Origin: an uncultured Acidobacteriota bacterium
GTDB taxonomy: Bacteria; Acidobacteriota; UBA6911
NCBI GenBank assembly: GCA_963827655.1
Contig: CAWHCF010000022.1
Coordinates: forward strand, 256,001 to 320,000
Reading direction: 5' to 3'
DNA: 64,000 nucleotides
Position 1 is the first letter of the stretch. Every line of letters starts with the position of its first letter. A program made the translations under genes and the position numbers. Shown piece by piece: positions 11,148 through 21,036 of this stretch. The notes beneath the pieces were generated by a model. It did not search any database. It saw nothing but the letters and a program-made list of their open reading frames with translations, and was not told the origin of the DNA.

Positions 11148-12167
11148 ATGAAAGCCGCGCTTCTGGAACGCTTCGGCGAACCGCTGACCCTGGCTCAAAT
11201 CCCTCAACCTGTCCCGGGACCCGGCCAGATTCTCGTCCGGGTCGAGGCTTGCGGACTCTGCCACAGCGATCTACACCTCGCCCGCGGCGAATGGGAAGGA
11301 TTCAAGCCTCGCATGCCGATGCCGCTCGTGCTCGGACACGAAGTGGCCGGCCGGGTCGCGGGTCGCGGCTCGGGCGTGCAGCGGCTCAAAGAAGGAGACC
11401 CCGTCGGCGTCGCCTGGTTTCATTACACCTGCGGGAGCTGTGACTACTGCCGCCGTGATCTGGAAGTCTTCTGCGACCAGTCGCAGATCACCGGAGTCAC
11501 GGTGCACGGCGGCTTTGCCGAGTACGTTCTGGCCTGGGAAAGCCACGCGACGCCAATCCCCGAAAGTCTGCCGCCCGGCGAGGCCGCGCCCTTGTTTTGC
11601 GCCGGCGGAACCGTGTTCAGCGCGCTTTCGAAGGTCAAGCTCGACGGTTCGACTCACCTCGGCATCTGGGGCGCCGGAGGGCTAGGGCAGTATGGCATCC
11701 AGCTGGGCAAGTTCGCCGGGTCGCGAGTAACGGCCGTCGATCTATCTCCCTCGAGACTCGAGCTGGCCCGATCACTCGGAGCCGACGCCGCGCTGGGCGC
11801 CGAGGAGGCGACCGAGTGGTTCGGCCGGCCGGAGAACCGGGTAAACGTAGCGCTGGTCTGCGCGAGCTCGGCGGAGGCGTACCGCAGCGCGTTCCAGGCC
11901 CTTCAGAAGAACGGCGTGCTGCTCATCGTAGGAATTCCCTCCGCGCCGCTACAGTGGACTGCGGGAGACCTCATTCGATCGGGAGTCCGGATCATCCCTT
12001 CGCGAGTCGCAAGCCGCCGGGAGCTGTCTGACCTGGTGAAGCTGGCGCAGAGCGGCGTGGTCCGCTCCGAGATTGTTTCCTTCCCGTTGCGGAAGATCAA
12101 TGACGCCATCCGGGCGCTGGCCGCCGGAGAAATCCGCGGTCGGGCCGTGATCCATCCGGATCTTTAG
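11148..12167 (+). CDS. Zinc-dependent alcohol dehydrogenase (AdhP-like)
   Basis: CHSDLH, GHEVAG, structural Zn motif CGSCDYC..C, GAGGLG. Confidence 0.92.
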   Translation: MKAALLERFGEPLTLAQIPQPVPGPGQILVRVEACGLCHSDLHLARGEWEGFKPRMPMPLVLGHEVAGRVAGRGSGVQRLKEGDPVGVAWFHYTCGSCDYCRRDLEVFCDQSQITGVTVHGGFAEYVLAWESHATPIPESLPPGEAAPLFCAGGTVFSALSKVKLDGSTHLGIWGAGGLGQYGIQLGKFAGSRVTAVDLSPSRLELARSLGADAALGAEEATEWFGRPENRVNVALVCASSAEAYRSAFQALQKNGVLLIVGIPSAPLQWTAGDLIRSGVRIIPSRVASRRELSDLVKLAQSGVVRSEIVSFPLRKINDAIRALAAGEIRGRAVIHPDL

Positions 12168-12295
12168 CAGCAACGTTCTTGGTGTTTCTTCGTGTCTTCG
12201 AGTCTTGGTGGTATTTGTTCCGCAGCGCTAACCACAAAGACACGAAGACACTAAATTAATTCCGCCTGGCCTGGCCGGCTGCGATCCGCCTTTCG

Positions 12296-12697
12296 TCACA
12301 AGACTTCGCTCAGTTCCAAGCGTGCCACCTTCTTGTGAGCCTTCCGGTCGCAGGTTATCCATATTCCTTGGAGCAACTTCGCGAGTGCCACGTAAGCCGC
12401 ATCGTATCCGGATAAACCCAGGCGCTGGATGGGTTGAATCTCCGATAGCAGCGCGGGAGTCATCGAGAATCGCTGGATGCCCAGGGTCACGACACGTGCC
12501 AGAAGCGCAAGCTGCTCTTCGGATGGATCCGGGATGCACCGGTGGAAGACGTGGGCCAGCTCGAAGTAGAAGATCTCGGGAACAGCAAAGTGCGACGGAG
12601 AAGCCAGAACCTCGGCTAGAACGGCCAGCGCCTGCTCTCGTCCCCGTTCGAGAACGAACCACTTGATGGCGACCGACGCATCAATGATCCGAACCAT
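12296..12697 (-). CDS. vapC: VapC-family PIN domain toxin
   Basis: IIDASVAIKW and LSGYDAAYVALA...ITCD PIN motifs; overlaps the upstream antitoxin gene. Confidence 0.9.
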   Translation of the reverse strand: MVRIIDASVAIKWFVLERGREQALAVLAEVLASPSHFAVPEIFYFELAHVFHRCIPDPSEEQLALLARVVTLGIQRFSMTPALLSEIQPIQRLGLSGYDAAYVALAKLLQGIWITCDRKAHKKVARLELSEVL

Positions 12698-12947
12698 AGC
12701 GCAGTTTCCGCAGGACCGCGAGCGAACCGACGGATGACTTGACTGCGCTGCGACGGAAAGCTTCCAGGAGCTCTAGCCTCTTCTGTTCCTCGCGGTAGTC
12801 GATGAAGCGCTCCTTGAAGATTCTGAGCGAAATCAGGACCGCTACCGGTTCGCGCCCCTTTTCAATAATGATCGGTTCGTCGGTCTTCTTGAGTTTCTCG
12901 AGAATCCTCCCAAGGGACTGGCGTACTTGCAGCGCATTCACTTTCAT
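12681..12947 (-). CDS. Phd/YefM family antitoxin
   Basis: LGRILEKL..EPIIIEKGREPVAVLIS pattern; directly upstream of the PIN gene. Confidence 0.88.
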   Translation of the reverse strand: MKVNALQVRQSLGRILEKLKKTDEPIIIEKGREPVAVLISLRIFKERFIDYREEQKRLELLEAFRRSAVKSSVGSLAVLRKLRYGSDH

Positions 12948-12953
12948 GGATGA

Positions 12954-12983
12954 AGTGTATAGTCACGTGACTATACACGTCAA
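12954..12983 (-). promoter_or_regulatory. Sigma70-like promoter with a perfect 24-bp palindromic operator for the TA operon
   Basis: Minus strand reads TTGACG-N18-TACACT, 6 nt before the ATG. Palindrome GTGTATAGTCACGTGACTATACAC at 12955-12978. Confidence 0.75.
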
Positions 12984-13265
12984 TGGAACAATGGGCCTTG
13001 CAGGGCACGCCCGTCGGAACCGGAGCACGGATGCTACAGATTCGATTTTCGCGCAACCAATGGCAACTTTCCCTGGTTGCGGTCTTTCGGCGTGGAAAAC
13101 TCGTCAGCACGGCGCAACATTTTGCGTCGCTCTTGCGTTTTCACAAAGGAACCGCAACGTTGTCATCGCGGACGCGACGTAAAAACGTGTTCGCCCTAAA
13201 CCGGTATTGAAACGACGGCTGAATTCACACCGACGGATCCAAATCTCAACAGGAGGGATCGCGCG

Positions 13266-14232
13266 ATGAAAAGGCTGCACGCGTTTCTGGCCTTTGTCAC
13301 TTTGTTCACGATAGTTCTCGGTGGTATTCAAATTACACATGCGGCTGATTCAAAGGATGGACTAGTGGTTGAAGACAAAGCCTATTCCTTTCCGTCCTAT
13401 GAACAGGCGGTGCAAACCACTGAGGTGGAGAAGTACACCACCGAAAAGGCCTATGCTAAGGCTGTCAGCGATCGCCAGTTCGAGCTACGCAAACTAAGGT
13501 ACATGAGCGATGGCTTAAAGGTCGTCGCTTATCTTTACAAACCAACTCAAGTTCAAGGAAAGAAACTGCCCGCGATCATTTTCAACCGCGGCGGTGTAAT
13601 CAGAGGCGACATCGCGCCGGAACTCATCACTGTCTTGCAGCGACTCGCGTCGGAGGGCTTTGTGATTTTGGCGCCCATGTACCGGCAAAGCGATGGCAGT
13701 GAGGGTCGAGACGAGGTAGGAGGAGCAGACGTAAACGATTTGTTCAATATCTCTCCACTCGCGAATTCACACGGATTCGTCGACATGAATAACTTGTTCA
13801 TGTATGGCGAGTCGCGCGGTGGGATGATGACCTATCAAGCTGTCAAGAAAGGCTTCTCCATAAACGCGGCGGCTGTGTTTGGAGCCTTCACCGACTTGGG
13901 AGAACTGATGGCGTGGCGCCCTGACGTCTATCAACCAGCGATGCTAAAGCAACTCTGGCCCGGCTTCGACACAGAGAAAGACGAACATCATTAGGGTCAG
14001 GTCCGCTATCCAATGGCCCGAACAACTGAATGCGCCGTTACTGATCATGCACGGAACCGCTGACAAGAGCGTTAACCCAAGCCAGTCTCTCGCCTTGGCC
14101 CAGCAACTCCAGAAGTTAGGCAAGACCTATGAGCCGATCGTCTACGCGCAGGACAATCACTTCCTGTCACGCAACGAGGAAGACCGGGACAGGCGCGCCT
14201 TGGCCTGGTTCAAGAGGCACATGAAAAAGTGA
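13266..14232 (+). CDS. Exported S9/prolyl-oligopeptidase-family alpha/beta hydrolase; frameshift near 13985
   Basis: YMSDGLKV, IIFNRGG, GESRGG nucleophile elbow, MHGTAD, DNH; visibly lower GC than flanks. Confidence 0.82.
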
Positions 14233-14300
14233 TTGATAATCCAAACCCAGGAGTTAAACCCATTTGTCCTGTTTACGCGCATCGGTCTCTCACCCATTAA

Positions 14301-14532
14301 GGGTTCGCGCAGAAATAAGTTCGCATTCTGCTGCAGGCCCCCAGGCCCGCTGGCGAGGCGCGAGCGACGATGCGTACCCGGTGCGGTACGTGAGGAGCGA
14401 GCAACAAAGCCAGCGGGCCTGCGGGCCGCAGCCGGAGGGGCGCGATCCTCAGCGTGATTAGCGAACAGAAACCGATTCATGATTGACCACCGACTCTCGC
14501 GCCAGAATGTGAAGTTATTTCTGCGCGAGCCC
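14301..14532. mobile_element. Complete MITE (232 bp) with 30-bp terminal inverted repeats and flanking TAA
   Basis: Left end GGGTTCGCGCAGAAATAAGTTCGCATTCTG vs right-end reverse complement GGGCTCGCGCAGAAATAACTTCACATTCTG; TAA on both sides; partial second copy at 55639. Confidence 0.85.
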
Positions 14533-14615
14533 TAAGCGGCAGGCCCGAATTGGGCGATGCCACGCTCTGCACTACCGACACGGGGATGCGCTCCACGTCG
14601 CCGGGTGAATCGCCG

Positions 14616-16494
14616 CTACGTCGGCGGGAACGTCAACTTGACCGCCTCGCCGCCCGAGGGCGCGCGGCGCGAATACACGCGCACCACCAGTTGGCCGGCG
14701 GCCAGGTCGCGCCGGTCCGAATACGGAAAATGTCAGCGTGCCGGTCGGCGCCGTCGCTGCGCCGCCGAACAATTGGTGCAAGGCCGCTGCGGGCTTCTCG
14801 CCCGCACGGTGGACCCAAACGGCCGTCACGCCGTCGCGTCGCAGGGCGTCCAGGTCCAGCTTGTAGGTCAGTCTTGACGTAGTCGCATCGTAGACCATTT
14901 CACCGAACGCACCGGTCATCCGTTTAGAGGCCGGCGCCTTGCCGCCAACCAGCGCCGGCGCGCTGAACGGAGCCTGTCTCACCTTCGCCGCCTGCTCGAA
15001 TGCATAGCCCAGCGCGAGCAGCTGTGGCTCGCTGAAGGCGGCGCCCAGCAGGTCGACACCGATCGGCAAACCGTCGTCGGTCCAGCCGGCCGCAAGTCCC
15101 AGGGCGGGCAGGCCCGAGCCGGCGCTCAACTGGCAGTTAGATCCGGCCTGCGGATCGCCGATGCGCGCGGGCTTGCGGCGCAGCGTCGGATAGGCGAGCG
15201 CGGCGAGCCGGTGCTCCTGCAGGACAGCTTCAACAGCCTGCCGAATCGCTTTGCGTTTGATCATCGCGCGCCGATACTGCTCGCTCTCGCGTTTCTCCAC
15301 CGCGTTGCGCGCGCGCAGGTTCGACTCGAGCGCCGCATGGTACAGCCCGCGCTCGAGAATCTCGCCGAGCGATCGCACCGGCGCGTCCGGCTGGCGGGCA
15401 AGATAGTCGGCGAAGTCGAACTTGAATTCGGCATTGATGAGGCTGCTGTCGCGCAGCAGATCGTCGAGGCCCGGGACGGCAACGTCGATCGTTTCGGCGC
15501 CCGCCTTCTTCATTGCCTCGAGCGCCTTGTTGAGCACCACCGTAACCTCCTGGTCCTCCGGCGCGGTGCCAAACAGGCTGCGAAGAACGCCGATGCGCGA
15601 GCCTTTGAGCGCGTCGGAAGAGAGCGCATCGCGGTACGACTTCGGGATGTGTCCCGCGCTCGCGCTCGTGACGGCGTCGGCTGGATCGGCGCCGACAGTT
15701 GCATCAAGCATGATCGCGAGATCTGCGATGGAGCGCGCGATGGGGCCGCCGATGTCCTGCGTGCTCGAAAGCGGCACGATGCCCGCGCGGCTCGACAATC
15801 CCTGGGTGCCGCGCAGACCGACGAGATTATTGTGGGACGCGGGATTCCGGATCGACCCGCAGGTGTCGCTCCCCATCCCCGCGACCGCGAAGTTCGCCGC
15901 CACGGCGGCACCGGTTCCGCCACTCGAACCGCCGGGATTCCGACCGAGGTCGTACGGGTTCCGGGTCTGGCCGCCGCTCGAGCCGATGTTGGTGATGCCG
16001 GAGGCGAGCTCATGCATGTTGGTCTTGCCGACGATGACCGCCCCGGCATTCTTCAAGCGCTGCACCTGGAAGGCGTCGCTGGCCGGATGAAACGACGCCA
16101 GCGCAATGGAACCCACGGTCGTGGGCATCTCCAGGGTCTCGTAGTTGTCCTTCACCACAATCGGGATGCCATGTAGCGGACCGCGCACCCGCCCGGCTTT
16201 TCGCTCGGCGTCCATTTTTTCCGCCGCGGACACCGCCTGCGGATTGAGCGCGACCATCGCGTTGAGGGCAGGACCCTGCTTGTCGTACGCGGCGATGCGC
16301 GCGAGGTAGATCTCGACCAGCCCGCGCGACGTGACCCGGCCGGCCTCCATCGCGGCTTGCAGCTCGTGGATGGATTTCTCCATCACGTCGAACCCCGAAG
16401 GTGGTTCCGCACCGGGTCGATGCGTCTGCGGGTGACCCGTATCAAGCGCCGCGCCGATTGCAAAAATGAGAACGAGCCGAGTGGTAATGTGCAT
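14616..16494 (-). CDS. Amidase-signature family protein with a CHRD-like C-terminal extension; frameshift near 14725
   Basis: GPLHGIPIVVKDN, GGSSGG, GSDTCGSIRNP. Confidence 0.88.
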
Positions 16495-16792
16495 GATTCT
16501 ACGCGTTTCCTCGTGGCGGGTCTTGCCTTGAACGCTCACGGATAGGCTTCGCTGCTGTTTTGGGATTCGTGTCTTTGAGTCTTAGTGGTGCTGGTTAGAC
16601 AGCTCTAACCACGAAGACACAAAGACACGAAGAAACACTAAGAGCCCGCAGTATAGACGCGCCCGCCGAAGCTGTCGATGGATTCCAATGATTCTTGAGC
16701 GGCCACGGTTTGAATACGTGACCGTATTTATGAACCAGCCGGCTTAGTGTGCTATAAACGACGGCAGATCCGTCTCTTGAAGGAGCAATGCC

Positions 16793-18592
16793 ATGATGAA
16801 GACCATCCGTCTGCTTGTGCTTCTCCTGCTCGCGGCTTCCGCCGGCGCACGCCAGCTGCCGGAAGCGACCGAAGCGGGCGCTCGCCCCGGCCTGTCGCGC
16901 CCCGCCGTCGCCGGGCAACATGGCCTCGTGGTTGCCGGTCATCCCCTCGCTTCGATGGCCGGCGCCCGCACGCTGCTCAAGGGAGGGAGCGCAGCCGACG
17001 CCGCCGTTGCGATCCTGGCGACCCTCAATGTCGTCGAACCCGAGATGTCCGGGGCGGGGGGCAACGGCTTCATGCTCGTCTACGATCGCAAGAGCGAGAA
17101 GATCTACTCGCTGTCCATGACGGGCGCAGCCCCCAAGGCTCTTCGCCCCGAAGCCATGACGGCGGAGACACTCAGCACGGGTATCGACGCGGCTCCTGTG
17201 CCCGGCCTGTTCGGTGGCTGGATCGCAGTCCTCGAGCGGTTCGGTACGCTCCCGCTCGGCGATATCCTGCAGCCGGCGATCGACTACGCGGAGAACGGTT
17301 TCCCGGTCGACCCGCCGCTGGTGCGCAGCATCGAGTCGAGGCGGGCCGACTTGCAGCGCTTCCCGACGAGCGCGCGGATCTTCCTCCCCACCGCGCGCCC
17401 GCCCGCGGCGGGCGACCTCCTGAAGAACCGCGATCTGGCCGCGACCTTCCGCAAACTGATCGACTCCGAGACGGCGCTCTTGCGGCAGGGAAAACCGCGA
17501 ACCGACGCGCTGCGCGCGGCCCACGACCGCTTCTACCGTGGTGACATCGCCGCAGAAATCGTGCGGTTCACCAAGGAGGCCGGCGGTTCGATGTCCGCGG
17601 AGGACCTGGCCGCCTATCAGCCGCTCTGGTCTGAGGCGCTTCACACGACGTACCGTGGCTACGACGTCTACTCGACACCGCCGACCTCCCGGGGCGGGCT
17701 CGAGGTCCTGATGCAGCTTAACCTCGTCGAGAGCTACGACCTGAAAAGCCTCGGAGCCGGAAGCGCCGCGGCGCTGCACCTCCAGGCCGAAGCGATCAAG
17801 GTCGCGAAGTCCGACGTCTACCGCTACGTCGCCGACCCTCGGCTCACGCGGGTTCCCACGATCGCGCTGCTTTCCAAGGAGTATGCCGCCGCGCGGCGCA
17901 AGCTGATCGATGCGGCGAAGGCCGGCCCGTATCCCGAGCCTGGCATGCCCCAGGGTACCGAGCGTGCGCTCCGGGCACAGCGCGCACCCAGGGGCGAGAG
18001 CGTCGTTGAAGGCCACACGACAAGCTTCTCCGTCGTGGATCAGGCCGGCAATGCCGTTGTCTGCACGCCGACTCTCGGGAGCGGCTTCGGCACCGCCGTC
18101 GTGGTCGGTTCGACCGGCCTTCTCTTCAACAACGGCCTTCGGACTGGCTCAACGGCACCCTATTCCGATCACCCGAACTACGTTCGTCCAGGGCAGGTCC
18201 CTCTCCTCAACAACTCACCGATTCTCGTCTTCAAGGGCGGGCGGCTGGTCCTGACGCTGGGCTCGCCGGGCGGCGAGACGATCGGGCAGACGCAGTTCCA
18301 GGTCCTGATCAACGTGCTCGACTTCGAGATGCGGATCCAGGAGGCGATCGAGGCACCCCGATTCGCTCTCGATGCCTCGCCGAACTTCTACAAGCCTGGT
18401 GCCGGCATCCGCCTGCGGATCGAACAGGGGGCGGCGGCGGACGCGATCGCGCGCCTGCGCGCGCTGGGCCACTCGGTCTCCGTGATGCCGCGTGGTCTCG
18501 GCAGCATGCAGGGGATCCTGGTGGACCCGAAGACCGGCGCCCCGGCAGCGGGAGCGGATCCCAGGCGGCTGGGCTACGCGATCGGCTGGTGA
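16793..18592 (+). CDS. ggt: Gamma-glutamyltransferase family protein
   Basis: GGSAADAAVA, HTTSFSVVD (N-terminal nucleophile Thr), GSPGG, ADPRR. Confidence 0.9.
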   Translation: MMKTIRLLVLLLLAASAGARQLPEATEAGARPGLSRPAVAGQHGLVVAGHPLASMAGARTLLKGGSAADAAVAILATLNVVEPEMSGAGGNGFMLVYDRKSEKIYSLSMTGAAPKALRPEAMTAETLSTGIDAAPVPGLFGGWIAVLERFGTLPLGDILQPAIDYAENGFPVDPPLVRSIESRRADLQRFPTSARIFLPTARPPAAGDLLKNRDLAATFRKLIDSETALLRQGKPRTDALRAAHDRFYRGDIAAEIVRFTKEAGGSMSAEDLAAYQPLWSEALHTTYRGYDVYSTPPTSRGGLEVLMQLNLVESYDLKSLGAGSAAALHLQAEAIKVAKSDVYRYVADPRLTRVPTIALLSKEYAAARRKLIDAAKAGPYPEPGMPQGTERALRAQRAPRGESVVEGHTTSFSVVDQAGNAVVCTPTLGSGFGTAVVVGSTGLLFNNGLRTGSTAPYSDHPNYVRPGQVPLLNNSPILVFKGGRLVLTLGSPGGETIGQTQFQVLINVLDFEMRIQEAIEAPRFALDASPNFYKPGAGIRLRIEQGAAADAIARLRALGHSVSVMPRGLGSMQGILVDPKTGAPAAGADPRRLGYAIGW

Positions 18593-18716
18593 GCGCGCCT
18601 TTTTTTCGTGAGGAGTCTTTTCCGGGATGTACGAGGCACCTTTGATCCTCAGGGTTTCGACAAGCCTTGGTGTTTCTTCGTGTCTTCGTGTCTTGGCGGT
18701 ATTGGTTCCGCAGCGT

Positions 18717-20787
18717 TCACTCCCGGCTGTTCCCGAAATGGAAATGCAGGACTGTTTCACTCGGAACGGCCTGATTGCCGCGGCGCGCAGGTGAGAATCG
18801 CCACTGGCGCGCCGCATCGGCCGCGATGCTCGAGAGATATTCCGTCAGGCTGTTTCCTTTTGAAAGCGGCTCAGTCCGAACCACAGTTCCGCCGGCGTCG
18901 ATGTAAACCTTGACATCCACCTGGAGACCCGCCACCGGGAGATTCCTCAGGCTCGAGGGAAGATAAGGCGCAACGCGGCGAACCGCCTGGGGTGCCACAT
19001 AGTCGGCACTCGGACCCTGAACGCCACCTGCGAGAGAATTCCGCGGGGCGGGCGCCTCCGGAGACGAATTCCTTTCTGGTACGATTCTGCTCGTCTCAGT
19101 CCTGACAGGTTCACTCTTGCTTGCCACAGGCGCGATCGGCTGGCCGGGCGGCTTCGCCGGCTTCCTCCGGCGGACGCGCGGCGTCGGTAACGTTGGGCGA
19201 GGACTCGGATGGGGACGACAGTCTGGCTTCGCCGGCGGGTACGACCGACGGCTTCGGTGGAGCAGACTGGCTGGCCGGTGGAGGGGCCGCCGGTTGCGGC
19301 ACATTGACCTCCGCGGCTTCCGATCGAGGCAAGGTAACCGGCTTCTCAGACGGTGATGGCGCCACTGGTGCCGCGCCGGACGACGGTTTCACCGCGGCCG
19401 GGGTTGAATCCAGAACGGGTTTCTCACTGGCTGCCACGGCCGGCGGCTGTTGGATATCAGCCTTAGCCTTCTCCGCCTCCGATCGGGACAAGGGAGCCGG
19501 CGTCTTAGACCGTGATGAATCAGTCAGGGGCGTCCCGACCGGCGTCTTCACCGCCGGAGGCGCCGGGTCAGGAACCGGTTTCTGGTTAACCGTGATGGGC
19601 GGCGGCGTCTCGACTCTAGTCGAAGCGGACTCCACTCTGGCTTGCGGCGGCGCGGGTGTGCCTGCTTGCCGGGCCCTGAGGATTCGTGCCGACTCGGTCG
19701 TCTCCCTGTCCGACCCGACTACCCTCAGGCGAACGGTGACATCGTCCGATTCGTGAGGATAGACCAGGGCGCCGGCTTGAAGCTGGTCCGTGCTCAGCGT
19801 CAGCTGCCTCCTGGCGGCCCGGTCGGCAATTGACAGAATGGCCTGTTTTGCGGACGCGATTGCGGGAGAACTTTTGTTCCAGGTGATGCGGAGTAAATCA
19901 TTTTCCACGGTAGCGGTCAGGTCCAATTCGGTAAGATCGTGACCCAGCGACCCAGTCGGCGCGACATCAGGCTTCAGCAGGTACTTGTAGCCGACGCCGC
20001 CGAGTACCAGGGCCAGGACTGCCATCGCCGGCCAGAGAAGACGCCGTCTGGCCTGCGATGGCGCGAATTGTGGAAGAGCGACGGTCTGGATGGGAGCTGG
20101 CTCGAGCATAGGCTCACGAACCAACTCCGAAGGATCGGATCTGAGATGGACGCACCACGGCTGGTGCGGGTCGAAGTTCGACTTCGGCCGAAGGGCTCGC
20201 CTCAACGGGCGCGCGGTGAGCCAACCTGGTACGGTTTAAAGGAAACACCAGCTTGGGATTCGACTCGACTCGTCCTTCTTCACAAAAGAAAAAAGCTCCC
20301 ATCGCGAGCCGCGCGCTTGAGGGTTGGATGAGCAGGATGGCGCCGACCGAATTCGGAAGGTATTCCTTCGCCAGGAGCATATCTTCATCATCGAGGTTAA
20401 CCGCCTCCCGGTTGTGGCTGCGGTAGTAACCGACGACATAGAGCTTCCTTCCCGGCCCGGGGTGCCATCTCGCCATCTGATCATGCATGAGTCGTTTGTC
20501 GGAACCCGAAAGATGGTAAACGGATCCGAACTGGTGCTCACAGGGAACGGGCGTAAAACCTTCGATGATGATTCTGCGGCGGGAATCGGATTCGATCCTG
20601 CCAAGCAGCAATCCACCGACTTCAGCACCACCTTCCGGCGGCGTAAGACTCCGCGTTATTTCATAGTCCAGCCATTCGACCGTGCTCAGATGCAGGTGAA
20701 CGGAGAGTTCAGTCTCAGGCACATCCCACACGGAAAACGTGGGGCCACGGAACCGTTTATTATCATGTCATCGGTGGAATTCTTCAT
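18717..20787 (-). CDS. MPN/JAB-like domain + TM helix + Pro-rich linker + TonB C-terminal domain protein (paralog 1); several frameshifts
   Basis: AEVGGLLLG...VVGYYRSH...DDED; TM LLWPAMAVLALVLGGVGY; C-terminal VKVYIDAGGTV...AADAARQWRFSPA. Confidence 0.72.
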
Positions 20788-21036
20788 GGTGGGCTTCCTT
20801 CACATCCTCAAGATCAGTCCCTACCGCATGCGTGGAACCTATGGGCGGGCGTGACTTTTGAGGATTATACCCAAAACCTGAGTCAGGAAGAGAGTTTTCT
20901 AGAGGAAATCGGTTACTTCGAAATGACTAGCCCGAATGGCTAACTCTCAGGGGTGTGTTTCTTCGTGTCTTGGTGGTATTTGTTCCATTGGCTCTAACCA
21001 CTAAGACACGAAGCCACGAAGAAACACTAAGAGCCC

